In this document: positions 20,358 to 31,966 of the stretch, one piece after another
How the letters are laid out: each line of letters opens with the position of its first letter
Numbering within the stretch: position 1 is the stretch's first letter
DNA from: an uncultured Gammaproteobacteria bacterium
GTDB taxonomy: Bacteria; Pseudomonadota; Gammaproteobacteria; JABCZS01
Assembly (NCBI GenBank): GCA_963848305.1
Contig: CAWKDC010000001.1
Coordinates: 448,001 to 512,000, forward strand
Direction: 5' to 3'
Length of the DNA: 64,000 nt
The notes under the pieces: model-generated
Seen by the model: only the letters and a program-made list of their open reading frames with translations
The model's database searches: none
Told to the model about the DNA's origin: nothing
Made by a program: the position numbers and the translations under genes

Positions 20358-22582
20358 GCACTTCAATCGTTATACAGGAAACAGCACAAGAAGCTGCACG
20401 TAGGCTTACAAAATATTGTCAGGATAATGGGTATAAACTCAACAATCTCTATGAATACAGGGATAGTGCAGGGATTACCGTATATTATCGTCTCAGATTA
20501 GATCATCCTACAAATCCCAAGAAAATATTCCCAATGCACTATCATCCTACAAAAGGCTATCAATTAAGCGAGCCAGGTGCATTTTCAGCTGGTCAAAAAC
20601 CGTTGTATGATTTGTTTTATCTTGTGCAACACCCTGATGCGATCGTATTTGTTGTAGAAGGAGAAGGGGTAGTAGATGCGCTGAATGCGTTCATTGCGTT
20701 ACAGGGGGCATCTTCAAAATATGTTGCAGTCACAAGCGGTGGAGCAACAAGCGCAAGTAGCGCAGATTGGTCCAATCTGGCGGGAAGGATAGTACGGATT
20801 TGGGGAGATAATGACGATCCTGGCAAAAGGTATGCAAATGTGGTTGTCGCCATTTTGTACGAACTACGTTGTAACGTATCAATCTTAGATATTTCAGGAT
20901 TAAACCTACCAGAGGAAGGTGATTGTGTTGATTGGTTGGCAGCTAATACCCAAGCAACAATTGATGATTTGCTTGGCATACCTGTGCTCAAACTTGAACA
21001 GCAGGAGCATGAGAACCTGCATTTAAAAGATGCTGAATGGACTATTCCGGGTTCAATATTAGCACCTCTACATCCTGTCCCGACTTTTGAGGCAGAAATA
21101 CTTTTGCCAAAACCATTATGTGAATGGGTGATGAGTGAAGCTGAGCGCATGTCTTGTCCACCTGATTTTATTGCAGTTGCTGCAATAGTTTCTTTAGGTT
21201 CAGTGATAGGTGCGCGATGTGGAGTGCGTCCTAAATCTCAGGATCCATGGATAGTCATACCCAATCTATGGGGTGCAATTGTTGCACCCCCATCTTCTAA
21301 GAAATCACCCGCGATTGCGAGAGCCTTTAAGCCCATTAACACACTTGCAGAGAAGGCAGTTCAACAATTCGATGAAGAAATGGAAGGGTATTCTGTTAAA
21401 AAAAAACAATACGAGGCGATGCGAAGAGCGCATGAAAAAGCAATTGATAAAGCTGCGAAAACCGCTTTAAATGACGGGGATCATGAATTGCAAACAGCCC
21501 TCATGAGATATCAACACTTTGAGCAAAATGCACTTAAAGAGCCGACACTTAGACGATATAAAACCAATGACAGCACAATTGAAAAAATTGGTGAACTGCT
21601 GCAAGAAAATCCAAATGGGTTGCTTGTCGAAAGGGATGAGATCGTTGGCCTGCTGTCTACTTGGGAAAAGCACGGGCATGAAGGTGATCGGGCATTTTAT
21701 CTTGAATCATGGAATGGCACATCAAGCTACAATACAGATAGAATTACTCGTGGCTCAATTTCAATACCAAACCTTTGTCTTTCTGTATTCGGCGGAATAC
21801 AGCCTGATAAGCTTATTGCATATCTCGAGCAGGCTGCTTATGCGTTATCAAACGATGGCATGTTACAAAGATTTCAGTGTATTGTTTACCCGGATCCCAC
21901 ACCATGGAAATGGTCTGATTCCAGGCCAAATGATCAGTTGCAAGAAATGGTAAACAAGAAATTTGAAACTCTATCTGAAATTGACTTTGGGACACTTGGC
22001 GCATCACCTGGTGATTGCCATTCAAAGCATGCCTTCTTTAGATTTGATAATGAAGCGCAGCAAATTTTTATAGATTGGACTTCCGAGATAAACAAAGTCA
22101 GAATACCTCAAGAACCACAACCCATTATTCAAGAACATTTGGCGAAATATGATAAGCTCTTTTCTGCCATTGCACTGATCCTGCATCTTGTTGACTGTGT
22201 TTCATCGGGACAAGGTGGCCCAATCACAGCAGAATCGGCATATCGCGCAGCTGCTTGGTGTGAGTATTTAGAAAAGCATGCCAGGCGATGCTATGGTCTT
22301 CTCATTGACGATGGATTACGCTCAGCTCAGGCTTTAGCAGAAAAAATACAGAACGGTAGGCTCTCAGAGGATTTTACAGCTCGAGATATAAGTCGTCATA
22401 ATTGGAGATATCTAACATCAGAAAATTCAGTTAAATCAGCTCTTGAATGGCTTGAAGAAGAGGGATGGGTACGTTCGACTGAAACAGGGGGAAGTGGCCC
22501 TGGTTCGGGACGACCAACAAGACGATACTCGATCAATCCTCACCTTAAAACAATTAAGCAGAGGAGCGATGAAAATGAGTGA
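20354..22582 (+). CDS. Toprim-DUF3987 (YfjI-like) replication protein
   Basis: VVEGE, WGDNDDPG, GDCVDW Toprim motifs; PNLWGAIVAPPSSKKSPA, RDE, FGGIQP, DGMLQRF DUF3987 motifs. Confidence 0.88.
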   Translation: MSTSIVIQETAQEAARRLTKYCQDNGYKLNNLYEYRDSAGITVYYRLRLDHPTNPKKIFPMHYHPTKGYQLSEPGAFSAGQKPLYDLFYLVQHPDAIVFVVEGEGVVDALNAFIALQGASSKYVAVTSGGATSASSADWSNLAGRIVRIWGDNDDPGKRYANVVVAILYELRCNVSILDISGLNLPEEGDCVDWLAANTQATIDDLLGIPVLKLEQQEHENLHLKDAEWTIPGSILAPLHPVPTFEAEILLPKPLCEWVMSEAERMSCPPDFIAVAAIVSLGSVIGARCGVRPKSQDPWIVIPNLWGAIVAPPSSKKSPAIARAFKPINTLAEKAVQQFDEEMEGYSVKKKQYEAMRRAHEKAIDKAAKTALNDGDHELQTALMRYQHFEQNALKEPTLRRYKTNDSTIEKIGELLQENPNGLLVERDEIVGLLSTWEKHGHEGDRAFYLESWNGTSSYNTDRITRGSISIPNLCLSVFGGIQPDKLIAYLEQAAYALSNDGMLQRFQCIVYPDPTPWKWSDSRPNDQLQEMVNKKFETLSEIDFGTLGASPGDCHSKHAFFRFDNEAQQIFIDWTSEINKVRIPQEPQPIIQEHLAKYDKLFSAIALILHLVDCVSSGQGGPITAESAYRAAAWCEYLEKHARRCYGLLIDDGLRSAQALAEKIQNGRLSEDFTARDISRHNWRYLTSENSVKSALEWLEEEGWVRSTETGGSGPGSGRPTRRYSINPHLKTIKQRSDENE

Positions 22583-23009
22583 TTGGTTGCAGATTGCGAA
22601 AGAAAAAATCTCCAAAAGGCCTGATCATAGTACTGCCATTACTGACAATAGAGATCTAATGTCACTATTGACAGTACATAGGCCGCAAGATTCAGATGTT
22701 TCGCCTGCTTCTAATGTCACTATTGGCAGTACCTCATCTGAGGTTTTGTCGAATTTTTTTGAAAAGGCACCGACACTAGACATTGAATTATTGTACGACG
22801 ATATACAATGGCTGATCAGAATTTGTCTTGGAATACCAGCAGCCAAATTAAGGGGGCTATTCGATGGATATATTCGGCGATGGCTCAAAGCAATGTCACA
22901 AGAACCTGCCATTCACAAGCGTCAAAATATTGGACGTTACCATGCCAACACCTTTTTGCGAGAAACACTATCACAAACCAGGTACAATTCCATCAACCAC
23001 AGGAGATAA
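22575..23009 (+). CDS. hypothetical satellite protein
   Basis: GAGGAG RBS, coupled to the DUF3987 gene. Confidence 0.55.
   Translation: MSDWLQIAKEKISKRPDHSTAITDNRDLMSLLTVHRPQDSDVSPASNVTIGSTSSEVLSNFFEKAPTLDIELLYDDIQWLIRICLGIPAAKLRGLFDGYIRRWLKAMSQEPAIHKRQNIGRYHANTFLRETLSQTRYNSINHRR
22630..22732. repeat. three 22-bp iteron-like repeats (putative origin)
   Basis: CTAATGTCACTATTG(A/G)CAGTAC at 22656 and 22711; inverted variant at 22630-22651. Confidence 0.7.
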
Positions 23010-23014
23010 TCGTC

Positions 23015-23380
23015 ATGAACGATTCAGAAATGCTGACGAAGCTATGGTCTTTTATCGGTATTAAAGGTATTCAGCATTACCTTGAAGGCCGTGATATTAC
23101 TGAGGAAGAAAAATTTGAAGCAAAGAAACAACTCAAGATCATGGGATATGTTGCCATTGAAGATGAGACCAGTCAACAACGTACTGAACGTGAAGCCAGT
23201 GAATTGTTAGACGATCTCTGGGAAGCAACTTCTGTCGATGAGATGGTTGCATATCTCAATTACCCTCTGGCAACGCAGGAAGGTCGTGAATCGACGATCA
23301 CGCAAATGGGCTTACGAGGATACAAAGCTGTCCTTAAAGACGATTTACGCCCTGCAGTTTGCAGAGATTTTGCAGGTTAA
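23015..23380 (+). CDS. hypothetical satellite protein
   Basis: AGGAG RBS; internally repeated pattern YL.....TEE/QE...MG. Confidence 0.55.
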   Translation: MNDSEMLTKLWSFIGIKGIQHYLEGRDITEEEKFEAKKQLKIMGYVAIEDETSQQRTEREASELLDDLWEATSVDEMVAYLNYPLATQEGRESTITQMGLRGYKAVLKDDLRPAVCRDFAG

Positions 23381-23391
23381 GGGGGTGATTG

Positions 23392-23829
23392 ATGGCACAA
23401 TTTCAAGCCGGGCAATCAGGCAATCCGCACGGTCGGAAACCAGGCTGTTTGAATAGACGCACGCAATTATCAAAATTGCTCGAGCCACATGCTGAAGAAC
23501 TCATTGGCATTCTCGTGCACCAAGCTAAAGCCGGTGACCCAAATGCCTTAAAGCTATGCATTGAAAGGCTCATCCCAAAGCCGAAAAGCGGAGGTCCTAG
23601 CATTTCTCTACCAAACGTGGATACCTCCCTGCCGGATCACCTAGAGCTGTTCAGGGAGGCATTGTTGCTTACCCTTACGAATCAGGATGAGATCGATCTG
23701 GATGCCCTGAAGGTAATTTTGGAGCTCATCAGTGTATGTCATAGCGAGAAGCTTGCAGTCAAGGACGACGATGAGTCTGACCAAAGACTTGCTGAACTAG
23801 TCAAGAGGCTGCAGCATCAAACTATTTAG
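23392..23829 (+). CDS. DUF5681 protein (terminase-small-subunit-like)
   Basis: FQAGQSGNPHGRKPG and AKAGDPNALKLCIERL. Confidence 0.8.
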   Translation: MAQFQAGQSGNPHGRKPGCLNRRTQLSKLLEPHAEELIGILVHQAKAGDPNALKLCIERLIPKPKSGGPSISLPNVDTSLPDHLELFREALLLTLTNQDEIDLDALKVILELISVCHSEKLAVKDDDESDQRLAELVKRLQHQTI

Positions 23830-23879
23830 CGGCGAAGACAGTTGACCCACGATACCTGATCACCTACAGACCGTATAAA

Positions 23880-25184
23880 TTATTTTCCAGTTTGCTTGCT
23901 GACGACATCACTCATAATGCTCCATATTTTGTCGTCGGAGAAACCAAATTTTTTGCTCCATTCATTGTATCCTCCTTGTCCATAGTTGGTGCTTGTATAG
24001 ACAAATGGAATTTGCCCGTTCATATTATGTGATCCACAGTATGGCCCAACATAACTTCGACAAGTGGAGGTGTAAATAGCGATACAATTTTTGCCATCAT
24101 TACTGCAGTCGATTGCTCGAAAGCCTGCGGAATTAGCAGTACCCTGAAAAGGGAGAAAGACACTACTTTGCGTCCACTGCGTGCCTCCATCCGAGCTAGT
24201 ATAAATGATCCCAGCTCCTGCATTGTTAGTCTGTACAACTTTGCCAACTGCTATACAATATTCATCATTATCCCCATTGCAAGTAACACTATTTAAGCCT
24301 CCCCCAAGTCCCTGCTTTGGTATATATAATGACCAAGTAATTCCACCATTGGAAGTTCTGTAAATTAGTGGCTGACCAGGTTCGGTTGGTAATTTTCCTG
24401 CTATTCTCCCAACTGCAATGCAATATTGACCAGTTTTCTTATCGCAAGCAATCGAGTTAATCTTTGATTCGCTAGTATACTTTTGAATGGGATAAGTATC
24501 CCATGTTATACCGCCGTCAGTGCTCACGTATGAAACAAAGGTTGTTGTATTGTGGTCGATTTCATATCCTGAATTATAATCACCAATTGCTGTGCAAAAT
24601 TGCCCATCGTTACCGGAGCATGATACGATGCGAAGAGCAGATCCTAGAGTTCCAAGTCCATTCGGATAATGTGCTGTCCATTTACCTCCGTTATAGCTTC
24701 GATACACAATTGGTTGCATTAATGATCCCGATGAATTTGTGTATGAGCCAACTGCTACACAATTTTTTCCCATACATGATATATCTACTAGACCCGATGC
24801 TCCACCATGCGTATCAATACTAGACGCGCCCCAGCTTTGGCCTGCATTGTTGCTTGTGTACACGACAAATGTCGTACTATTATAAGTGCCATATATGTCA
24901 CCAACAGCTATGCACGTTTTACCATCGTTCATGTTGCAGGTAAGCCCCCTGATAAATCCTGAGCCAATACTTTGTGATGTTGTCCAATTTTTTCCTGAAT
25001 CAGTAGTTTTATATACAACCGGTCTCATGTCCGCAGAAGTAGATCCTGTCCTCTCATTGAGCATGACGACCGCTGAAAAATCATCATCATTCGTGTACGT
25101 ATTAGATGCATAGGCTGTTGTAAGCATCGAGAGCGTTATGAATATGCATATAGAAAGATATTTTGTCATTGCATTTGTACTCAT
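23880..25184 (-). CDS. secreted Cys-rich Asp-box (BNR) beta-propeller protein
   Basis: Signal peptide; repeated S.DGG.TW boxes alternating with C..C.AVG. Confidence 0.8.
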   Translation of the reverse strand: MSTNAMTKYLSICIFITLSMLTTAYASNTYTNDDDFSAVVMLNERTGSTSADMRPVVYKTTDSGKNWTTSQSIGSGFIRGLTCNMNDGKTCIAVGDIYGTYNSTTFVVYTSNNAGQSWGASSIDTHGGASGLVDISCMGKNCVAVGSYTNSSGSLMQPIVYRSYNGGKWTAHYPNGLGTLGSALRIVSCSGNDGQFCTAIGDYNSGYEIDHNTTTFVSYVSTDGGITWDTYPIQKYTSESKINSIACDKKTGQYCIAVGRIAGKLPTEPGQPLIYRTSNGGITWSLYIPKQGLGGGLNSVTCNGDNDEYCIAVGKVVQTNNAGAGIIYTSSDGGTQWTQSSVFLPFQGTANSAGFRAIDCSNDGKNCIAIYTSTCRSYVGPYCGSHNMNGQIPFVYTSTNYGQGGYNEWSKKFGFSDDKIWSIMSDVVSKQTGK

Positions 25185-25329
25185 TCAATAATCCAATTTT
25201 ACAGTGATAAGTCAGCCATACATGCTTCATGACATTTGATGTTTTTTGTATTGTCAAACGATTGCCTAAACTAAAAATGATACTCATTGCCCGAGGTTGG
25301 TATAAGTATCAGGCTCACATCCTATAAGA

Positions 25330-25575
25330 ATGATTAAAAAATGTCCAGCACTTTTAAAGTTAGGTAAAAAGATCAGAGACCTTAGGAAAGCCCGGGGGTA
25401 CTCTAAAGAGAGCTTTGCCGATAAGGTGGGCTTAGATAGGACCTATATCGGGGCTATAGAGCGTGGTGAACGAAATATCGCTGCCTTAAACCTCATTCGC
25501 ATTCCAAAGGCCCTTAAAATAGAAGTTGGCGAACTGTTCCCACCCGTAAAAATACCCCAGATTGATTCGCTATAG
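25330..25575 (+). CDS. Xre-family HTH regulator
   Basis: GKKIRDLRKARGYS..FA..GLDRTYIGAIERGERN. Confidence 0.9.
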   Translation: MIKKCPALLKLGKKIRDLRKARGYSKESFADKVGLDRTYIGAIERGERNIAALNLIRIPKALKIEVGELFPPVKIPQIDSL

Positions 25576-26761
25576 TTGCATGTGATGCACTCCCTTTTAG
25601 AGTAGTATGAGGCTTGCTTTTCTTCATTATTTGTTAGATAATGGACTATATGTAGTCTTGGCTGTACAGCGGGAGAAGATGAAAATGATTGATATCAAAG
25701 ACATAGAAAAACAAGACAAAGCAGGTGAAAATTCATCTATTACCGCCGCAGTTCCAGCAAAGACAATTGATCTCGCCACGTTAATCGCACCCCTAGCCGC
25801 ATTCCCCAGTGTTTTTGAAGCTATTAATGACAAAGAGATAGATGAAACAAGAATTGCTCTCCTGCAACAGCTTTCAAGCAACAAAGATACTGACGCAAGA
25901 AAAGCAATCCATAGCGTGCTGATAGACATGGAATGGCACTTTTCTACGGAAAAGCCCACTTGTGGCATTATGTTCGAAGAAATGACCTCTGAAAATAAGT
26001 CTCGGTTTATCATCTTTCTTTCGGGATTTGAAAACACCCCTACATACACTTTATACCTCAAAGAGAATTTAATAGGTTGGCTTAATATTAAAAAAACTTA
26101 TCCGGTAACAGGGCTTCCCTTGAACCTGGGTGAAATGGCATATTTACAGAATGTGCATGGAATTGATATTGATAACCCTTTAGTTGGTTTAAATCCCGCA
26201 ACGCTAATCCCTGCGGTCCAAAGTACAATGGCAGATTATATGGCGGAATATCGTTGGGAATTTGAAACACGAGGTACATGGGCAGTAGCTTGGCTCATAT
26301 TTAAGGAATGTGCTGCATTGGGGGTTATTGGTTGTATCATTGTATATGCGGGGTTTTGCGCCTTGCTCATCCCTGCCCATGCATCTGTCTACGTAACAAA
26401 CCTAACAACTCGCGAGCATAGACCTTTTACCGATTTGTTTAATATTTCCCCTGATAACAGAAATAGTGGCTTTGCTTATGCATGCACATACATGGTCTTA
26501 TTTAGCGCGATTTTTACTGCATTATTCGTGACCGGAGCCGCCCAAAGCATGGCGGAGGATTTTATAGAGTCAACCATGCCCAATGCCGCGTCTCATTCAG
26601 GGATGTTGACAACCTATTTTGCAGTTTGCTTTGCATCGCTTATCTCGAGTTTACCGTTGTACTTCTCAATATTATTAGCCGGAAAGTCGCTAGAGAGTAA
26701 GGTAAATCGACTTTTTGGTGAAGATCACGTAAGTCGATTATTGGCCTCACAGCGTGCAGCT

Positions 26762-27014
<253 letters not shown>

Positions 27015-27095
27015 AATACGTATATAGCCAAGGCGCCATTGTACATAAAAATTGATATGAGGTGTAGGGGGGGGATTGCCCTACAACGAAAGAGC

Positions 27096-27118
27096 AAAAA
27101 AAACCCCGCATCGCGGGG
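27096..27118 (-). terminator. intrinsic terminator of pilA
   Basis: CCCCGC-ATC-GCGGGG stem with 8-nt U tract on the minus strand. Confidence 0.75.
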
Positions 27119-27167
27119 TGTGGGCTAGTAGTGATTACAGCTTTATCTTTATTAAAATACAGCTTGT

Positions 27168-27617
27168 TTAAACCTTATCTTGATGCTGAACGCGGCAATT
27201 TTGAGGTAAGTATTTACTCTCTATTCCATCGCCATTGCAAAGCCAATTGATTGAACCGCCATTGTCATTGGCGGATAATACTAAATTCTTGCCTGTTAAC
27301 CCTTTGCCTGCGCTGTCTCCAAAGGTCACAATGATCTGATTGTCGGATACAGCCACGCTGCGGACAAAATCTCCCCTGATACTATCAGGGCGGGGCATGC
27401 CTGCAACACTGTTATTATGGGGCCAGCTGCCTTGTGACATATAATATTCCATCACGGACAACTTCGCACCCGAAGCCAAGCTCAAGCCTTCCGACACCTT
27501 GCTACGGATGGTGAAATCGTTATATGCCGGTATCGCAATCATGCTTAAAATGCCAATGATGGCGATCACTATCATCATTTCGACGAGCGTGAAACCTCGT
27601 GCCGCTAACCTAATCAT
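27168..27617 (-). CDS. pilA: type IV pilin
   Basis: [23 protein letters not shown] prepilin motif; C-terminal disulfide loop. Confidence 0.93.
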   Translation of the reverse strand: MIRLAARGFTLVEMMIVIAIIGILSMIAIPAYNDFTIRSKVSEGLSLASGAKLSVMEYYMSQGSWPHNNSVAGMPRPDSIRGDFVRSVAVSDNQIIVTFGDSAGKGLTGKNLVLSANDNGGSINWLCNGDGIESKYLPQNCRVQHQDKV

Positions 27618-27773
27618 TGTCTCTCTCCAATCGTTTTTTTGGCTGTCTTTAAAGACATTTGCCTTGTTTATTCAATATAGCAAACTTTCAGCATCATGCT
27701 CAAAAAAAAACCAATATTTTTTCACTTGACCTGAGGGCTCCAAAACCGTATCATGCGCTATCACGAGGAAAAC

Positions 27774-29096
27774 ATGTCAGGCAAAGTCTTTATCAAAACC
27801 TATGGTTGTCAAATGAACGAGTACGACTCGTCTAAAATGTTTGATTTACTTGAGAAAACACAAGGTCTGACCAAAACAAACACCCCGGACGATGCGGACG
27901 TTATCCTCCTGAATACTTGCTCCATCCGCGAACGCGCCCAAGAAAATGTCTTTTCAGAGCTAGGCCGGCTACGTGAATTCAAGATCAAAAACCCCAAAGT
28001 CGTCATTGGTGTCGGGGGATGTGTGGCCTCCCAAGAAGGGGCGGCCATTCGTACCCGCGCTCCCTACGTAGACCTGGTTTTCGGCCCCCAAACCCTGCAT
28101 CGGTTGCCCACCATGATGGCTGCGCTGAACGATGGCCCTCAAATTGATATCCAATTTCCCACGATTGAAAAATTCGACAACCTCCCCGAGCCACGCGCAG
28201 AAGGCGTGCTTGCCTATGTGTCTATCATGGAAGGTTGCAGCAAATATTGTACCTTTTGTGTGGTGCCTTATACGCGCGGGGAAGAAGTCTCTCGGCCATT
28301 CGACGATGTCTTGGCAGAGGTCGCCAGCTTGGCTGACCAAGGCGTGAAAGAAGTGACTTTGCTCGGGCAAAATGTGAATGCATACCGCGGCACGATGCAC
28401 GATGGGCATATCGCCGATTTGGCTACACTCATTGAATATGTCGCCGAAATTGACGGGATTGAACGCATTCGTTACACGACCTCCCATCCTGTTGAATTTT
28501 CCCTCGCATTGATTGAGGTTTACGGCCGCGTCCCCAAACTCGTGAACCATTTGCACTTGCCCGTTCAATCAGGCTCTGATCGCATTTTATCCTTGATGAA
28601 ACGTGGTCATACCGTCTTAGAATATAAAAGCAAAATCCGAAAATTACGCGCCATCCGCCCTGATATCACCATCACTTCTGATTTTATCATTGGTTTTCCC
28701 AGTGAAACTGAACACGATTTTGAACAAACCATGAACCTGATCCAAGACATTGGTTTTGATCACAGCTTCAGCTTTATTTACAGCCCACGTCCTGGCACCC
28801 CCGCCGCGCAAATGGCTGACGATACGTCTATTGACATCAAAAAAGAAAGACTCGCTCTATTACAGCAGCGCATTCACCAACAAACAGACCGTATCAGCCA
28901 AGCCATGGTCGGCCATACTTATCCCATTTTGGTTGAAGGCCCCTCCAAAGATTTTCCGGGCAAACTCAAAGGACGAACGGAAAATAGCCGCTATGCATAT
29001 TTTGAAGGAGACACCCGTCTTATCGGACAAGTCGTCCCCGTCACCATGACACACGCAGGGCATCACTATTTACAAGGCAGACTGGCGCACGCATGA
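27774..29096 (+). CDS. miaB: tRNA methylthiotransferase MiaB
   Basis: [20 protein letters not shown] radical SAM motif, TRAM domain. Confidence 0.97.
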   Translation: MSGKVFIKTYGCQMNEYDSSKMFDLLEKTQGLTKTNTPDDADVILLNTCSIRERAQENVFSELGRLREFKIKNPKVVIGVGGCVASQEGAAIRTRAPYVDLVFGPQTLHRLPTMMAALNDGPQIDIQFPTIEKFDNLPEPRAEGVLAYVSIMEGCSKYCTFCVVPYTRGEEVSRPFDDVLAEVASLADQGVKEVTLLGQNVNAYRGTMHDGHIADLATLIEYVAEIDGIERIRYTTSHPVEFSLALIEVYGRVPKLVNHLHLPVQSGSDRILSLMKRGHTVLEYKSKIRKLRAIRPDITITSDFIIGFPSETEHDFEQTMNLIQDIGFDHSFSFIYSPRPGTPAAQMADDTSIDIKKERLALLQQRIHQQTDRISQAMVGHTYPILVEGPSKDFPGKLKGRTENSRYAYFEGDTRLIGQVVPVTMTHAGHHYLQGRLAHA

Positions 29097-29578
29097 TGGA
29101 CATTGACATACAGATCGCCAGTCATTATTCCCCCCTCCCCACCTCAACCGATCTGGCACGATGGGCAGAAACCACGCTCAAACATCAACATACCACAGCG
29201 GATCTCACCATACGGATTGTCGACGAAGCCGAGATCATTGAGCTTAATGAACATTATCGCGGCAAACACAAGGCCACGAATGTGCTATCTTTCCCCATGG
29301 AAGCCCTCTCTGAAGCAGAAGCAACGCTCCTCGGAGAGTCAGACAATTATCTTGGGGACATCGTGATCTGCGCACCAGTTGTGGCCGCCGAGGCCGCGCA
29401 ACAAAGAAAAACATTTGAAGCCCATTTTGCACACATGGTGGTTCATGGTACCCTACACTTAATGGGGTATGATCACGTGACCACCGCACTGGCGGAGGTC
29501 ATGGAACCCCTAGAAGTGCAAATTTTAGCATCCATGCAATTTCCTAACCCATACGAGGCCAATGACAGAAATGAGTGA
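29093..29578 (+). CDS. ybeY: endoribonuclease YbeY
   Basis: [17 protein letters not shown]. Confidence 0.96.
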   Translation: MMDIDIQIASHYSPLPTSTDLARWAETTLKHQHTTADLTIRIVDEAEIIELNEHYRGKHKATNVLSFPMEALSEAEATLLGESDNYLGDIVICAPVVAAEAAQQRKTFEAHFAHMVVHGTLHLMGYDHVTTALAEVMEPLEVQILASMQFPNPYEANDRNE

Positions 29579-30419
29579 CGAGAAACCCGCGAGTAGTATT
29601 AAGAAATTCCTGCGTTCCTTTTTTCAATCCCCCATGGAAGACAAGGATGAGTTGTTCGAACTGTTAACTGAGGCTCGCGAAAATGAATTGCTGGATAATG
29701 ATGCGTTCGAAATGCTGGAAGGCGTTTTATCCGTCGCTGAAATGCAAGCCCGCGACATCATGATCCCCCGCGCTCAAATGGTCGTGATTGAGAAAGATAC
29801 CCACTTGAATGATTTCTTACCTGAAGTGATTGCGTCAGGTCACTCGCGTTTTCCTGTGGTCAGCGAAGACAAAGATACTGTTGTCGGCATTATTCTCGCC
29901 AAGGATATTTTGAAACATTTGTTTGCCCGGCATGAAGAACCTTTTCGGATTGATGAATACATGCGTCCACCTGTGTTCGTGCCAGAGTCCAAACGTCTGA
30001 ATGTGTTACTGAAAGAATTCCGCACCAATCGCAATCACATGGCTGTGATCGTCGATGAATACGGCGGGATTTCAGGTATCGTCACGATTGAAGATATTCT
30101 CGAAGAAATTGTTGGCGAAATTGCAGATGAACATGACGCGAAGCAAGAGACCGCTTTCATTCGCCGTCAAGATAGTCATTATTTTTTGGTGGATGCCCTC
30201 ACCCCTGTTGAAGATTTCAATGAATATTTTGAAACAGAATTGCCTGAAGAAGATTTTGACACCGTCGGTGGATTGGTGATGCAATCATTTGGGCATTTGC
30301 CAGAAACAGGTGAAGTCACTTCATTAAACGAGTATGTGTTTGAAGTGATGGAAACCGATGATCGGCGAGTGTTGAGTTTGCGGGTGAAGAAAGGGAATAT
30401 GGAAGTACCTACGCACTGA
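29571..30419 (+). CDS. corC: Mg/Co efflux CBS protein CorC
   Basis: SGHSRFPV, VDEYGG, TIEDILEEIVGEI. Confidence 0.93.
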   Translation: MSDEKPASSIKKFLRSFFQSPMEDKDELFELLTEARENELLDNDAFEMLEGVLSVAEMQARDIMIPRAQMVVIEKDTHLNDFLPEVIASGHSRFPVVSEDKDTVVGIILAKDILKHLFARHEEPFRIDEYMRPPVFVPESKRLNVLLKEFRTNRNHMAVIVDEYGGISGIVTIEDILEEIVGEIADEHDAKQETAFIRRQDSHYFLVDALTPVEDFNEYFETELPEEDFDTVGGLVMQSFGHLPETGEVTSLNEYVFEVMETDDRRVLSLRVKKGNMEVPTH

Positions 30420-30472
30420 ATATCCCATGATTTCTAGGCGCCGTAAAGCATCCATATTTGAGACCATGACTA

Positions 30473-31966
30473 ATGCCAAAGATCCATCACCCTATCATCA
30501 CCATCCTCCTCGGCGCTGTCACCGCCCTTGCTTTTGCACCGTTGCAATGGTTTATCATTGCCATGATCACACCTGCGCTGCTTGAGCGCAGTATCTATCA
30601 ACAAGGCGCAAAACAAGGAGCACTTCGCAGCTTCTTATTTGGTTTAGGCTTTTTCGGCGCGGGTATCTCTTGGGTGTTCGTGAGCATTCACGATCACAGT
30701 GAAGCCCCGCTGTGGGCTGCTCTCGCCATCACATTTATTTTTATCGCCGCTTTAGCAGGCGTGCTCACAATGATGGGGGCTGTGTATGGCGCACTCACCC
30801 AGCGGCTACGCACACCCTCTTTACTGATCTTTCCGTTATTATGGGTGTTATTCGAATGGGTGCGCACGTGGCTGTTCACTGGTTTCCCGTGGTTATTGCT
30901 CGGCTACACGTTGATCGACACACCGTTGCAAGGTTTTGCGCCATTATTCGGCGTCTACGGTTTATCGTTTATCTGCGTATTGATTGGTGTTGTCACCGTT
31001 AGGTTATTTTCCATGACACTTCGGCAACAAATCATCAGCACTGCTTCCATCTCGGTATTATGCATTGCAGGCTTATACTTGAGTCATGTTGAATGGACGC
31101 ACCCGATTGGCGAGCCTAAAGTATTTGGGTTGGTACAAGGAAATATTCCACAGGAAATCAAATGGGATCCCGCTTCTGCCAAAGCCAACTTGGCCACCTA
31201 TCGCTCCCTCACACACACCCTCAGCACCAGTCACATCGTGGTCTGGCCTGAGGCGGCCTTCCCCTATACATTGCCTTATGGACGCGAATCTTTGTTGATG
31301 ATCGATGAAGATGCGCGCCACGCCCATCAAGCGCTCGTCACGGGTGTGGTGATTGCAGATCAACATGATCGCTATACCAACAGTGTGATTGCCATCGGTG
31401 ACAATGCAGATGGCCGTTACGATAAATACCATCTCGTGCCTTTCGGAGAATTTGTCCCGTTTCATGAATGGCTTGGCAGTACGTTTGATTGGCTAAAGTT
31501 GCCGATGAGTTTTACTGAGCCGGGTTTGAAAATTCAGCGCCCGCTTGAAGTACAGGGATTGATGATCACCCCCCTGATTTGTTATGAAATTGTATACCCT
31601 GAACTGTCTCGCCTGCGCGCATTGGACAGCGATGTGTTGCTGACGGTCAGCAATGATACCTGGTTTGGCCGCTCCCTCGGGCCACTTCAACACATGCAAA
31701 TGGCGCGCATGCGTGCGTTGGAAAATGGTCGAATGTTGGTTCGCGCGACCAATAATGGCATCACAGCAATCACTGATCAACACGGCTACATTCGTCAACA
31801 AGCACCGTCAGATCAAGCCACCACATTGACTGGGGTTGTTCAAGGATACGCTGGCCAAACGCCGATCATGCGGTTGGGGCATCACGTGTTGTTGATGTTG
31901 ATGGCGGCGGCTTTGGTGGGGGTTGTTATGATCCCTCGCCGCCCCTCTACATTACCCGGAAATTAA
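30473..31966 (+). CDS. lnt: apolipoprotein N-acyltransferase
   Basis: TGFPW, WPEAA, KYHLVPFGEF, ICYE. Confidence 0.95.
   Translation: MPKIHHPIITILLGAVTALAFAPLQWFIIAMITPALLERSIYQQGAKQGALRSFLFGLGFFGAGISWVFVSIHDHSEAPLWAALAITFIFIAALAGVLTMMGAVYGALTQRLRTPSLLIFPLLWVLFEWVRTWLFTGFPWLLLGYTLIDTPLQGFAPLFGVYGLSFICVLIGVVTVRLFSMTLRQQIISTASISVLCIAGLYLSHVEWTHPIGEPKVFGLVQGNIPQEIKWDPASAKANLATYRSLTHTLSTSHIVVWPEAAFPYTLPYGRESLLMIDEDARHAHQALVTGVVIADQHDRYTNSVIAIGDNADGRYDKYHLVPFGEFVPFHEWLGSTFDWLKLPMSFTEPGLKIQRPLEVQGLMITPLICYEIVYPELSRLRALDSDVLLTVSNDTWFGRSLGPLQHMQMARMRALENGRMLVRATNNGITAITDQHGYIRQQAPSDQATTLTGVVQGYAGQTPIMRLGHHVLLMLMAAALVGVVMIPRRPSTLPGN

Noticed and set aside
27670-27700. sigma54 promoter for pilA
   Set aside because: TTGC is present but the required -24 GG is missing
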